Shown one piece after another: positions 27,980 to 43,100 of a stretch of 64,000 bases of DNA (position 1 is the first letter of the stretch; every line of letters begins with the position of its first letter). A program made the translations under genes and the position numbers. The notes under the pieces were generated by a model. The model was given only the letters and a program-made list of their open reading frames with translations. It was not told where the DNA came from and made no database searches. The DNA is from Octopus vulgaris (Eukaryota). The stretch is from NCBI GenBank assembly GCA_951406725.2, contig OX597841.1, positions 8,866,001 through 8,930,000 of the forward strand. The letters are read 5' to 3'.

Positions 27980-30900
27980 CAGACAGCAACAGAGAGTTGC
28001 CAGTTGTTAAATGCGGATGAATCTCCCACTTGAGGTAAGAAAAAAAGGTGGCAGGCAGGGGTCTTCAAAGGGAACAGTAATTTACTCATTAATTACTTCA
28101 TACTGAAACCAATTACTTCATATTAGCAGTAATTATTTTCATTTCGATTCTATCTATCTATGTGTGTGTGTATGTGTGTGTATATATATGGGTGTGTGTG
28201 TATGTATATATGTATGTGTGTATGTATGTATCTAAGAATGTTTTATTGCTTAAGAAAAGCTCAAAATGCTTAAATAAGTGATGACCATTAGGGGCGATAT
28301 CAGGGCAATAGGCACTGTGAAGAGGTTCTTAAAGGATCTTTCCATAGACACACACATCGCATTCTCAGATAAATTCTTTCATTTTTTCCCCCATTTATTC
28401 TAATCCATATTTTCTCATCCATAATTTTTACCAAATCAGTCAATAAAATATTCTCCTTCATTGATCACAACTCCTTACCAATATTTTGTTAGCTTCTCAA
28501 TGCCCTGACGGTAGAAATTTCCTGGTCTTGCAATCGAAGAATTCATCGAGCCATGTTTTCAACTTCATGGCCGAGTTGAACGAAACGCCTTGCAGACTGT
28601 TGGAGAGCGACAATGGGGTAAAGAAATCTCGGCCTGTGTCCACGGGTAGCCTGGAGTGTGTCTCTTTTGTTCAGACCGTATGGTACCCATGCAACAAGAT
28701 TTAGGACCTTAAACATCGAGTGTAGGTGATTCGCGACGGTCCCATGAGAACCTCCCATCTGCTGGTTCAATTCCCTAAAGAACTGGCATGAATCCTCATG
28801 GATGCGCTCCTTCTATCGATCCTCTTTGACACTCCAACCTCATTGTCCTGATAGGTGGTCAAGTTTATTGAACTCTCAAAATGACAAACATAAACTGAAG
28901 AGAAAAATAGACATACTAAACACTCGTAAAAGTCTGGATAAATATATTTTGAGGAGAATTGAAATAATGTTGGAAAATAAGAAACAAATTAATCTGAATA
29001 ATAGACACGCAGGCACGCTTGCTTTTGTGTGTGTGTGTGTGTGTGTGTGTGAACGTGTGTATATACCAATTGGAAAGATTTTGTAGAAAATAAGCAAAAC
29101 TAGGGACAAATAAAAAGAGAAGTACAGCAAAGAAAGCCCTTGCTAAACATAGAAACTGTGTCGTCCCTCAGTTGCTTAACTTCACATCTGAGAACTCATC
29201 TTCATGAAACTGGCTGTAAGATCATTCTAGCAAACATGCTCATGTGTCATATTCTTTTCTACTCTAGGCACAAGGCCCGAAAATTTTGGGGATGGGGCCA
29301 GTCGATTAGATCGACCCCAGTATGCAACTGGTACTTAATTTATCGACCCCGAAAGAATGAAAGGCAAAGTCGACCTCGGCAGAATTTGAACTCAGAACGT
29401 AAAGACGAAATACCCCTAAGCATTTCCCCTGGTGTGCTAACGTTTCTGCCAGCTCACCGCCTTTCATGTGTCATATTTGTAATAAGACATTTAAGTCCTG
29501 CCTTGGTCTAAAAAGGCATTTAAATATCCATAAATCAGACAAGACAAACAACACTGTACCATTTGATGTGAAACTTATTTGCATTGTTTGTGATGCAAAT
29601 TTCAAACAGTTTTTGGGATTGAAAAGCCACTTAGGGGCTCATGCTTCATCCTGGGGTGATATTTGACAGTTTGCACAAACGGAAATGAAAGGACCATATC
29701 CCATCCAAAAGTAAAAGTATTTTTAAATAATTGAAAAATCAACCATGTAACGGTTGGGATAAAACTGTTTAATCAAAGTAGCCACCCTCAACTGCCACCA
29801 GAGCCTCAAGGTGTCTCTGGAACCTAGCCCTTGTGTTCCTCATTGAGTTTCTCAGATGATCTTCGAATGCCTTCTTCATCTTGACCATCAGCTCAGACTT
29901 TGTATTGCAGAGAGAGCGGTTCATGTCTTTCCCAACTGCGCCACACACATAATAATCCTTGGATTTGCAATCACGGGGTTTAGAAATTAAGAAATGGGGG
30001 CTGGTGAAGTCAAAGAAATTCCCCGACAACAATTTTTGATTATTTCTGGAAGTATGGAGACATAGTAATCCTGCTGCCACACATATGGCATTCCAGCAGT
30101 AATTTCTCCAGCCAGGGTTTCAACAGAGTCTCCACATAACCGTCTGAATTGACCCAAAAGCCCTGAGGGGTAGCACGATGTCACCCTCACTCAAGATACA
30201 CTCAAAGACAGTCACTGTTTTGGGCAACTTTGTTTTTCATGATACACAGCACATCACGAGGATTTGTTTTCTTACAACTGTGAATAACCAGACAATTCTT
30301 GGTTCAACGGGATGCATTACCTTGTTCAGGAGATCTTTTGGCCTTGGTCAGGAGGTCCTCCTTGAACTTGGCTATCAGAATTTGTCCTTTGCTACCACTC
30401 GTGTAGTGGTAGCACAGGTCCTTCTTCAGGATCAGCTTCACAGTGGCAACTCTGACACCCATCTCGCTCACCAAAGCCCACGTTCCTTTGTTTGGGTCTT
30501 ACATCCCCTTCCCCTGCCATTGTGGGATGAACCTTGGCATTCAGATCCAGTCAGGATCACTGATGTACCCTTTCCTTCTGGCCATGGTGTCGTAGTCTCC
30601 ATTGCAGTTCTCCATGTCACGTGCTACAGCCTTAAAAATGTTCACAAAGCGTTGAGCACCAGTCAGGTTGTTGGCATTTGGGTACCTGGGTTGGATCATC
30701 ATGATACAGGTAACTCGTTTCTAATATGCAGATGCCTGCCACACCTCCATCTCAGCTAACTTTGTTTTTCTCAACGATACCTTTGACTGATCGCCAACAT
30801 ATCAAGTGGTTCCTTAAGAAACAAGACATAGCAGATCGTCAAATATGACCCAGACATCCAGGTACTTGTATATACAAACATTCTCGGCTGTACATGCATA

Positions 30901-32947
30901 GTGTATATATTATCTTTATACACACATTTATCACGGAATAGCATTGAGGGAAATCTCCCTACGCGACCCCGAGTGTTAAAGAACACTGAATGTCTCCAAA
31001 CAGGCCAGACAACTGTCCCCTACATGAGCTAGAATGGTGGTAGATATCGATATTTCCCCATTATTGTAGTTCCCGGGTACCATTCAGTGTTCTTTAACGC
31101 CCGTCGTTATGTAGGGAGTCTCCCCAGAATGCTATCCCGCAACAAACTGGCGGATAAACAAAACACATACACTATCAATATGCGACCGATAAAGTGTGTG
31201 TGTGTGTGTGTGTGTGTATTTACTACACAAGAATTCACTATAAAGGAAATATCAAGTGTTGAACATTTTCAGTGAGTTGATAGATACAGAGAGAGGGAGA
31301 TGTATGATTCTACACGCATAAATGCATATATGTATATATGCGTACACACATAAATGAGTGTATGTAGAAGAGGTATGCATACACATGTGTGTATATATAT
31401 ACAAATATAAATATTATTGAAAACAATTTTATTGCTCAGCAAGAATAAAGCACCATAAAAGGTAGAATTATAAATATAGAAAGCAGGCGTACACGAAGTA
31501 AGATCATTGCTAGAAATAGCAGCCGGTAGCTATTGGCGATATGTAGAGCATCACTAAATGTTTACAAGCAGAGCTGCTAATTTATGGGGATATAAACAAA
31601 CCAACATCTGCTATCAAGCGCTGGTCGGAGGACAAACACAGACACACACACAAATATAAACGTGTGTGTGTGTATGTCTGCATTTGTCCACTCATCAGCG
31701 CTTAAGAACAGGAGTCGGTGTATTGATGTCTGCATAACTCAGCGGTTCGGCAAAGCAACTGATAGAATACTTACCTGGGGGGGGGTCAAATTGTTTGACA
31801 AAAACGCTTCAAGGTGAAGCCCCAGCATAGCCGCAGTCAAATGACTGAAACAAGTAAAAGAATAAAAGAATACATGTGTATATCTGTATAGATTGCTTCC
31901 CAACTGTGTGGTTCTGGGTTCAATCCCACTGCATGGCACCTTGGGTAAGTGTCTTGTACCATAGCCTCGGGCCAACCAAAGCCTTCTGAGTGGATTTGGT
32001 AGACGGAATTTGAACTCAGAATGTGAAGGCGAACGAAATACTGCTAATCATTTCTCCCGGTGTGTTAGCGATTCTGCCGGGGCAAGCTTGGAGAGTCGTG
32101 AGCAAATCGGACAAGATGCTTAGCGCCATTCCGTCCATCTTTGCGCTCTCAGTTCACATTCTGCCAAAGTTGACATTGCTTTTAATTCTTTCAGGGTCGA
32201 TAAAGAAAGTAGCAGTGAGGCAGCAGGGGTCAATGAAGTCGACCTACCCCACTAAAATATATATAAATATACATATATATATACCGTGAGGTATATTTGC
32301 CACCTAAATGTGGCTAACCTTTATGGGTTGATGCTACTGTAGCTTGTAGCCCCAGGACGACATCTCCTCCAGCTGGCTATTGACACACTTTCTGTGCCCT
32401 ATCAGTATTTGCAAAGGGAAGCCATCCTTCCCTTCTCCAGTCAGACATTATACATATGGACCGGAGTTTCTGGACAGGTCAATGCCAAGAAACTCGGGTC
32501 CGTGTGTATCACGTCAGGTTGAAGATGGGAAGGATGGCTTCCCTTTGCAAATACTGATAGGACACAGAAAGTGTGTCAATAGCCAGCTGGAGGAGATGTC
32601 TTCCTGGGGCTACAAGCTACAGTAGCATCAACCCTTAAGGGTTAGCCATATTTAGGTGGCAAATATACTTCACAATGTTGTGCAGTTACAGTTCATACCT
32701 CGCTCAGAGATTTATGATATATATATATATATATCCCTCTCTCTCTTTCGGAGAGGCACTGAGCAGCTATACGCACATATACACACACGGCAGTAACTCC
32801 CGCCTACCGAATTCAATCACAAAGCTTCGGTTGGCTCGGGGCTATAGTGGAAGACACCTACCCAATGTGCCACGCAGTGGGACTGAACCTGAAGCCAGGT
32901 AGCAAGGAAGCAAGCTCCCTAACCACACACACACACACACACATATA

Positions 32948-32986
<39 letters not shown>

Positions 32987-35985
32987 GGGAGTGAAAGAGA
33001 GACAGACAGAAAGAGAGAAGGACAGAAAGAGACTACTAGCTAGATGGATGTGTAGGCAAGGGCGTGTGTGCAATGCAGTGGTGTTGGCAGTTGAGGTGAA
33101 GGAGATAATGGCAAGGAGTCATTGTTTCCTCTGATATTGCAATCTCTTATTTCTTTGGCAAATCTCAAAGTTGAAGAGAATTTCACAATAAATGATGGCA
33201 GGTGGCAGGGAGGAGGGTCTGCAAACAGGATAAGAGCTGATAGGGGTGCAATATCACAGAAGATATATAAAGAGGAGTTGGGGGTAGGTAAGGGGGCGTT
33301 AATGGGTGTACGGTGTGTGTATACAAGAGCAACAGCTATGATAACTGTGTATGTGTGTGTGTAGTATCACTTTGTAAAGCCACATGGTTCTGGGTTCAGT
33401 CCCATTGCGTGGCACCTTGGGCTATTGTCATCGACTACAGCCACAGGCTGAGAAAAACCTTGTGAGAGGATGTGGTAAACGGAAACTGAAAGAAGCCCAT
33501 CATCGCCAAGTGTGTGTTTGTCTCTCCCCTCCCACTGCTTGACAACCAGTGTTGGTGTGTTCATGTTCCTGTAACTTAGCGACTTGGCAAAACGAGATCG
33601 ACAGAATAGGTTCTAGTCTTAAAACCTAATAAGTACAGGAGTTGATTCACTTGACTAAATGTCATCAGGGCATTGCTCCATCATGGGCGTAGTTTAATGA
33701 CTGAAACTAGTATAGTACACACACACACACACATAAACTGGAAACAAGCTATGTTAGATGATGATTATGATACATACATACATATGTACGGACGTATGTC
33801 TATATATGTATGTATCAATTTAAAAACTGAAATACATTTTGGCCAAAGACTAGCCCCAACCATGTCTGACTTAATAGCATCCCCTCATAGGATCTATTAA
33901 ATCATTTTCAAGTCATATTTTGTGGTATCGAGCCCCATTCACGTAGGGAGTTGTTGAGTGAGATGTACCCAGGTATTGGGGTTTCTCTGGTATCCCCTGA
34001 GGAACTTTGTCCAGGTTTCATTTAAAGGGAATGGGATAGTATTTTTTTCTTTGATTTGTTTTTGGATAACATTATATGGAATAGGGTCCTGTTGAGGAAA
34101 AGAATTATATTGCTGTGGATTTATGTGTTGTGATCCTGAATTGTGCAGGGGCCATGTGGCACGTGGCCACCCTAGCCCTGGATGTATTCTGAATCAAATA
34201 TTAATGTTGTTTCAGCAATGCTGGTCATGTATTCGCCACATCGTGCAAGATGGCTTTGGAGAGAATAAAGTTTCAATGCTTTAATGTGGTCCCAATAATC
34301 AAGACGAGTCATACTTTGTATTTCTTTAATGATTGCTCTCTGGAGTGACTCATTTCTCTTAATGTTTTGTGTGGTGTGGGGCAGGGGTGGGGGACCGTAG
34401 GGGGCAGCATCATTTTAGGTGTGGCTGCTCAAAAGAGGAGAGTGGGGGAACAATCGCATCTTGCTCTCCGGACTGGAAAGTTCCGAGGATCCAGGAGCTT
34501 GTCCTGCAAGCTATATTGACTTCATTGTTGATGCATAGCAAGCATAAGACCGCTGTCCCACCCGTAGGTCCATTGAGAGACAATAACAGGATTCTCCACC
34601 ACAACGCTAAAGACATGGCTCAAGTACTACAGAAACAATACTGTCCTGCCTTTAGCGATCCCACTGATATTGATGCAAGGGATGTGAACGAGGTCAACCC
34701 TCAGCATATTATCTCTACCATAACTGTCTCACACACTGAAGCAGCAAAGAAGACCAAACTGAACACGTGCAGTTTGCAAAAGAGAATGCCCTCAGCCGAC
34801 CATATTCCCTTCCATCAGAGGAACTACTCACAGCATCCAAAAGTAGAGACTTAGGAGTAGCTGTTGAAAACAGTCTCAGCTGGAGTGTTCTCATCAACAC
34901 TAAAGTCAATATGGTTCACAGAATGAGCTCCTCGATCCTTAGAACCTGCCAGTCCAAGGTGCCAAAATGTCATCAGACCATTTCCTCCACCTCTGTCCAC
35001 CTTACATGACCATGCCAGCGTAGTCATCTATCTTGTACACCACATCCGATGTCTCCAATTTTCTCAGCACATTTCTTTGTCCTAAAAGCACCCTGGTATT
35101 GCACATCCAGTGGAGCATGCTAGTTTCTTCTCTTTCTATATCTTCTGCATTCAACGCCTAACATTCACAACTGTGTAGCTTTGCTGTTTGTATATAGGCA
35201 TCGTACAACCTACCTTTCACTCTGGGAGAAAAGCCTTTCATTACCAACTTACATAAAAGTTCTCTAAGCTTTCTCCACTCACATCTTATTCCAGTAACTA
35301 TCCTTTCAGTCTATCCTCCTCCACTGTTAATTAGCTCACCTAGATAACAGAATCTGCCTACTATTTCTAGGGAGCCTCCTACGTATTCCACAACATCTAT
35401 TTCCCATGTTCTCTTATTACATATTGCTCCTGCACATCTGCCACAAACAACTTCTGTTCTCTCTCTCTTTACATTCCGATCATACCCATACACCTCTTGT
35501 GTGTCCATGGTTTGCACTGAGGACATTGTAAGCAATTTCTGCCTACACCTTGTCTATACATGGAACAGGGTCATTTACCCAAACGGATTACTGCCCTATT
35601 TTTCTGCTAACTTGAACTTGGGTCTTTGCCAACTTAACTTTAAGACCCTTTCATTCCTGGTTTTGTTTTCACATTTGGAATTCTCAAATTAATTCTCCTA
35701 AGTTTCAGCTGTAAGAACAAGATCTTCATCATAGAGGAGTTCCCATGGGTAACCAGTCTTAAATTCCTCCGTTATGGCCTTGACGACTATGTAAAATAAG
35801 AGAGGTCCCATGACTGACCCAGGATTGAACACCCACTTGCACACTAAATTCATCTCCCTGTACTCATTGTTAACTGTCTTCTTCATTAACTGGGCTACGG
35901 CTCTTGCAGGGACATTTATAACCTGGTCCAGTAATTTAATACACACATGTATACACATACATACGTATATTTGTACATATACCTA

Positions 35986-36018
<33 letters not shown>

Positions 36019-37823
36019 GTTTACATATATACATGCCAAATCTGCAGCTGGTGCAAAGTCCCATCCAGACCTAGGGTGACATGGTAGAGGAACAATGCTG
36101 TTGACAAGGCCATTAGAGCAAAGAAGATTGGGGGTAGGAGGAAACCGTATCAGATAACCAGAAGGAAAGCTAGGGGACAGGTCTATCTAGCCAAGAGGGA
36201 AGCAGGAAAGAAGTTTGCCTATGTTTAGCGACATGAGAACCAGAGTCTTGAAGTGTTTTGGAATGCAAGAGAGTGTATGAGAGAGATTTGTGATGTCATA
36301 GGAGAGAAATGTGTCCACATGGATGATGGTTCACTAGCATTTAATGATTTGGCAAGGAAAGAGGCTTAGAAATTCCATTATGAAATACTGCTGGACGTGG
36401 AGAATGAATGGGAGGAGAGTCTGCCAAATGTTGACCCAACTGAGGGACCAGCTATCCAAAGTGACAATATCTTGATAGATAAAGCATTTAAGAATATATA
36501 AACAGGGAAATACCCCGGCCCATCAGGAATCACTGCTGAGATCCTTAAAATATCTTGGCGTGTGTGGGTAATGGTCTACTCACTCATATCAAGTTGTTCA
36601 TGAAGGAGTCATACCCAATGACTGGTGTAGCAGCACCATAGTGAACTGCTACAAATGGGAAGGTGATGCTTTAGATAGGAATAATTGCAGAGGTATCAAA
36701 TTGTTGAATCAAATGATGAAAGTTGCAGAGAGGGTCCTAACCAAACTAATTAGGGAGAGAGTTAGTCTAGAAGAGATGCACTTTGGTTTTGTGGTGCCAG
36801 GGAGAAGCACCTCTGATGCTATATTTCTGGAAGGGCAGCTTCAGGAGTGTTATGGAGAGTTCTAGCATCTAAATCTGTCCAATAGAATATTCTAGAGAGT
36901 TCTACAACTATTCATTCGATTCTATTGGACAGATTTAGATGCTAGTGATCTCCACAACAAAGAGCAATATGTAACCAAAAATGAACCTCTGTACTTCGCT
37001 TTTGTTGACTTGGAGAAAGCATTTGACAGGGGCCCCCGATCCCTTATCTGGTTGTCAGTGCTGAAACTAGGGTTAGACGAGTTGTTGGTGAGCCGTTCAA
37101 GCAGTGCACAGGGACACAATCAGCAAGGTGATCGTTGGCCAGGAGTACAGTGAAGAATTCAGGGTATAAGTAGGTATTCACCAAGGATCGGTTCCCAGCA
37201 CCCTCGTGTTCATCATAGTTCTCCAGGCAATAACAGAGGAATGTATGACAGACTGTGCCTGGGAGCTCCTCTAAGCTGATGTCTTTGCTATAATAGATGA
37301 ATCACTTCCAGAACTAGGAAAAAGTTTCAGGTATGGAAGCAAGGTCTAGAATAGAAGGGCCTTAGAGTTAACCTAGCAAAATCTTAGTAAATAGAAGTCA
37401 GACAAATCATGAATCCTTTCACGTACATGCATATATATATCTGAGAGACCCCCTTCAGTCACGACACTGACCATGGGATTGCACCTAGAAAGCTACCCTC
37501 CCAGGCACAAGTCCGGGCAAGGTTGTTTATGGAAGACCAGCAGTCGCCCATGCATACCAGCCTCCCCACTCTACACCACCAGTGTTATCCAAGGGAAAGG
37601 CAAAGGGGCCGATACAGCTTGCCACCTGTGACACTGCAACTCATTTCTAAGGCTGAGTGAACTGGAGCAACGTGAAATAAAGTGTCTTGCTCAAGAACAC
37701 AACACGCAGCCCAGTCTGGGATTCGAGCTCCCAACCTCAAGATCATAAGCTCGATACTCTAAACACTGAGCCATGCACCTTCACATATATACACACATAC
37801 ATCTATCTATATATGTATATATG

Positions 37824-37854
<31 letters not shown>

Positions 37855-38053
37855 GCGAAATGCGAAACCGGTCTTTCTTCGTAATTATGTCATTATAAGA
37901 GGAAAAAAATTAAAAACAAATTTTTTTTATATTCTTCAGACATATTGACGCAAATATATATATTTTTTAACATTTAAGCCTTCTGTAGTTTTTTCACTTT
38001 TTACGATTTTATATATATTCACCCACATGCTTCCACAAACAAACTTTCTTATC

Positions 38054-38098
<45 letters not shown>

Positions 38099-39255
38099 AT
38101 ATGTATGTGTGTGTGTGTATATATATTATATATATACACACACACACATATATCTATCTATAAATACACATATATATACCCACATATATGCATTCACATG
38201 TACACACACATACATACACATAGATTTCTTGCACTCGTTAATCAGACACCTCTCCATGTGACACACACCACTTTAAATACCACTTCAGATATTGAAATAT
38301 GTTCTTTGGAATGACTTTGTTCCCATCATGTCCTGTGTTAAGCAGTGACAATGGGGCCATCCATGCCCACCCTCGCCAACTCACTCTCTAAGCAACCTTG
38401 CAACACATGAGCATGTTACCAACGCATGACATAATCTCCTGATAAACTGCTCTTCTCTCTTTGTTGTTTTTAGCAGATTAGATTAACAATGTTGACCAAA
38501 GTCTTCTCTTATCAGCAAAACAGAACATACACTCTCAGCTAATGAGGGGCTATGTACGTGGTAAATCAACAGACAAGAAATAGCAGCCAATTTTGCTGCT
38601 AATCACACCCTTGTCTTATATCAAAAGACCCCTTAGTAAGTGCAGTTCAAAATAGATGTAAAATTTTGGGATGGTCATGGATGGAATGCGTTTGATCATG
38701 AATCCCAATCAGTGTTTGGCTGCTTCCAGTAATGGCTACTTAGTAAGTAGCTTATTTCCCAACCGCACGTTGCTGGGTTCAGTCCCACTAATTGGCACCT
38801 TGGGCAAGTATTTTCTACTATAGCCCCAATCCAACCAAATCCTCAAGAAGGGATTTCTTTGATGAAAACTAAAAAGAAGGCTGATGAGTTTTTGTCTGTT
38901 CCTTTGCATTATTTGGAAGCAGGTGTTGGTTTGCTTACGTCCATGTAACCTTGCAGTTTGGCGAACCAGAGCAATAGAATAACTGTCAGACTTTCAGTCC
39001 AAATAAGGAAATAATAATAATACTGCAGTCAATTTGATCATTTAAATTAATGAAGGCATGGCAGCAGACTAGCGTATGAAAAAGCAACATAGAATATATA
39101 TGTGTGTGTTATGGAGAGTGCTAGCATCTAAATCTGTCCAATAGAATATTCTATATGTGTGTGTGTGTATACACATGTATATACATACATGTGTGTTTAT
39201 ATATATATATATATATACATGTGTGTCTATATATATATATATATGTATATATACA

Positions 39256-39314
<59 letters not shown>

Positions 39315-39316
<2 letters not shown>

Positions 39317-39706
39317 TCTTTAACTTGTTTCAGTCATTTGACTGTGGCCATGCTGGAGCACCGCCTTTTAATCGAGCAACTTGACCCCGGGACTTATTCT
39401 TTTGTAAGCCCAGTACTTATTCTATCGGTCACTTTTGCCGAAGCGCTAAGTTACGGGGACATAAACACACCAGCATCGGTTGTCAAGCAATGCTAGGGGG
39501 ACAAACACAGACACACAAACACACACACGCATATATATATACATACATATATACGACGGGCGTCTTTCAGTTTCCTTTTACCAAATCCACTCTGAAGACT
39601 TTGGTCGGCCCGAGGCTATAGTAGAAGACACTTGCCCAAGGTGCCACGCAGTGGGACTGAACCCGGAACCATGTGGTTGGTAGACAAGCTACTTACCACA
39701 CAGCCA
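39315..39706 (-). mobile_element. Full-length CORE-like SINE
   Basis: Minus-strand head gtggctgtgtggtaagtagcttgtctaccaaccacatggttccgggttcagtccc..ccttgggcaagtgtctt, with tail gactgaaacaagttaaagag. Confidence 0.85.
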
Positions 39707-39760
39707 CCATGATCCTCTGACCATGAGTCCACTGCTCTGACCAGTGGGCCATTGTGCTTC

Positions 39761-39848
<88 letters not shown>

Positions 39849-39856
39849 TGTGCTTC

Positions 39857-39892
<36 letters not shown>

Positions 39893-39976
39893 ACGAAATT
39901 TAACCTTAGGCTACCTCAAGCCGTAATCCCATCTTACCCCATCTTTCCGCCATCGGCGGTGCGCCCGCCCCCCACC

Positions 39977-40146
39977 CCCACCACCAATACCGATGAACAC
40001 TGTTCTCACCCCCACCACCAATACCGATGAACACTGTTCTCACCCCCACCACCAATACCAGTGAACACTGTTCTCACCGCCACCACCAATACCGGTGAAC
40101 ACTGTTTTCACCCCCACCACCAATACCAGTATACCCTGTTCTCACC
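39977..40146 (+). repeat. 34-bp minisatellite in the RTE 5' UTR (~5 units)
   Basis: Repeated caccaccaataccgatgaacactgttctcacccc. Confidence 0.85.
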
Positions 40147-43100
40147 GTCTACACCGGATACGCCCTACTCATCTACACCGGATACGCCCTACTCCCTCCT
40201 CCTCCCCCCACTACCCCTTCTCCTCATATGCTTTCACTGTGAAAAGACAAGCTGCTAGCGCCGTAGCTCATCAACTGCCCACCGATCTTACGCTTCCTCC
40301 TGACACTGCCTCAATCCGACCATCCCCTTTTAGTACCCTCCCGCCTCGTAATATCCTACGTTTTTATTTCTTACGAACCTACACCAACCCTTCCTGCCAT
40401 CGTTCCTCCTTACCCCAACCTTCCCCACTGGTTGCTCCCCTATATTACCCGCCTCAACTGGACCCCCCTCCCCAACTCAACTCTAGAATATCTGTATTTC
40501 TTTCCTCTACCTAATTACGTTACTCAGTGACGATAACGAATGTCCACTGCTAACACCAGCTCCTGCCCACGGCGTGGTCAGGTTGGAAGAGAGATCAAAA
40601 GAAAAATACCACGAAAACTATCACCACCACAACAACCCTCCTCTTCTCAGGCGCCGAATCCCCCCGTCCCCCCACATCTCCTTCCCAGTTTTCAGACTTG
40701 GCACTATCAATGTTGGTACATTGACAGGCAAGTCTAGTGAGATTGTAGAGATGCTAGAGAGAAGACAGGTTGATGTATGCTGCATACAAGAGGTAAGATG
40801 GAGAGATGCTTCGGCTAGGGTCCTCACGGGCAAGGCACTTAGGTACAAACTCTACTGGCAAGGTAACGCGGAAGGTGTAGGGGGTGTAGGCATTCTCCTT
40901 GCGGAGGAATAGGTGGATAAGGTCATAGAGGTTGTCAGGGTTTGTGATAGAGTGCTTAAGCTCAGGTTGGTCCTACAGAGTGGCACAGCTATGATTATCT
41001 CAGCCTATGCCCCACAAGCGGGACTACCAAATGATCAGAAGGACAACTTTTATGATACCCTTCTGCAGGCTACTTCAAAGACTAGTAACAAGGACCTCAT
41101 CTTTGTAGGTGGAGATTTTAATGGGCATGTTGGGCGGGAATCGGGTATCTTCACTGGGGTACATGGTGGCTATGGTATTGGCACCAGAAATGATGAGGGA
41201 ACTAGACTGCTGGAATTCTGTGATGCATGTAACCTTTCAATCTGCAACACTAACTTCAAGAAGCCAGTCTGCCACCTTATAACTTATCAGTCAGGAGACT
41301 CCGCTAGCCAAATAGACTTCATCCTCACCAGACAACGGGATGCAGGGTTGCTCTTGAATACAAAGACCCTCCCGGGTGAAGAATGTATCCCTCAGCATAG
41401 ACTAATCATCAGTGACTTTAAGCTTGAGGCCAGAAGGACTCCAAGAAACAAACCAATCCAGAAAAGAAGGATTTGGAGGCTAAAGAACCCTTCGCATGGT
41501 CAGAAATTTAGGGACATACTCATCAAGAAATTTGATGAGAGGGAGGAGGAGCTTCAGACGTCAGACATAGAAGGTAGCTGGGATTTCCTACGGGACAGCT
41601 TGTTGAGTGCCACAGACCAAGTCTGTGGATGGTGCAAAGTCCCTTCCAGACCTAGAATTACGTGGTGGTGGAATAGTGCAGTAGATAAAGCCATCTGTGA
41701 AAAGAGACGGGCCTGGAAAGCCTGGAAGGATGGGGGCAGCAGGGAACTGTACCAGATAGCCAAAAGGGAGGCTGGGCGGCAGGTATACATTGCCAAAGAT
41801 GTAGCAGAAAAGAAGAAGTTTGCCAATGTCCAGCGTCGCGAGGATCAAAGAGCTGAAGTATTTCGGATTGCCAGACAGTGTGTCAGAGAAAATAGCGATG
41901 TTATAGGAGAGAAATGTGTCCGCATGGATGATGGGGCACTTGCTTTTACTACTAGTGAAAAGAAAGAGGCTTGGAGAAGCCATTATGAAAGACTGCTGAA
42001 TGAGGAGAATGAATGGGAGGAGGAGAGCCTGCCAAATGTTGACCCAGTAGAGGGACCAGCTACCCGAATAGACAGCTCCCTTGTAGATAAGGCAATTAAG
42101 GATATGAAACCAGGCAAAGCCCCTGGCCTATCAGGAATCACTGCTGAGATGCTTAAAACAGCTGGCTATGTATGTGGGCTATGCCATAGTCACCCGCATT
42201 GTAAACCAGGTAGTTCACAATGGAGTCATACCCAATGACTGGTGCAGCAGCACCATAGTCAACTGCTACAAGGGTAAGGGTGATGCTCTAGATAGAAATA
42301 ACTACAGAGGTATCAAACTGTTGGACCAGGTGATGAAGGTCTCAGAGAAGGTCATAACCAATCTCATTAGGGAGAGAATTTGTTTAGATGAAATGCAGTT
42401 CGGTTTTGTACCAGGTAGAAGCACCACTGATGCTATATTCCTGGTCCGACAACTGCAGGAGAAGTACCTAGCTAAAGATAAACCCCTCTACATAGCTTTT
42501 GTAGACTTGGAGAAAGCCTTTGACAGGGTTCCCCGTTCCCTTATCTGGTGGTCGATGCGGAAACTGGAGATTGAAGAATGGCTAATAAGGGCTGTACAGG
42601 CTCTATACAGAGAGGCTGTCAGCAAGGTTAGGATTGGCAACGAATATAGTGAAGAATTCCGGGTAGAAGTAGGTGTGCACCAGGGCTCAGCCCTCAGTCC
42701 CCTTTTATTCATCATAGTCCTTCAGGCAATAACAGAGGAATTCAAAACGGGATGCCCCTGGGAGCTCCTCTATGCCGATGACCTAGCTCTCATAGCAGAA
42801 TCACTACCGTAACTAGAAGAGAAATTTCGGGTGTGGAAGCAAGGGTTGGAATCAAAGGGCCTTAGAATAAATGTAGCAAAGACCAAAGTATTAGTAAGCA
42901 GCAAGAGGTACTCAGCACACATCCCCTCGGGTAGGTGGCCCTGCTCAACCTGTAGGAAAGGTACAGGTAGAAACTCCATAAGATGCACCCAATGTAAGTT
43001 ATGGACACATAAGAGGTGCAGCAACATTAAAGGGAAATTAACAGATAAGATAGCTTTCATGTGCGGCAGATGCACAGGGACAATAGACACAACAGACACT

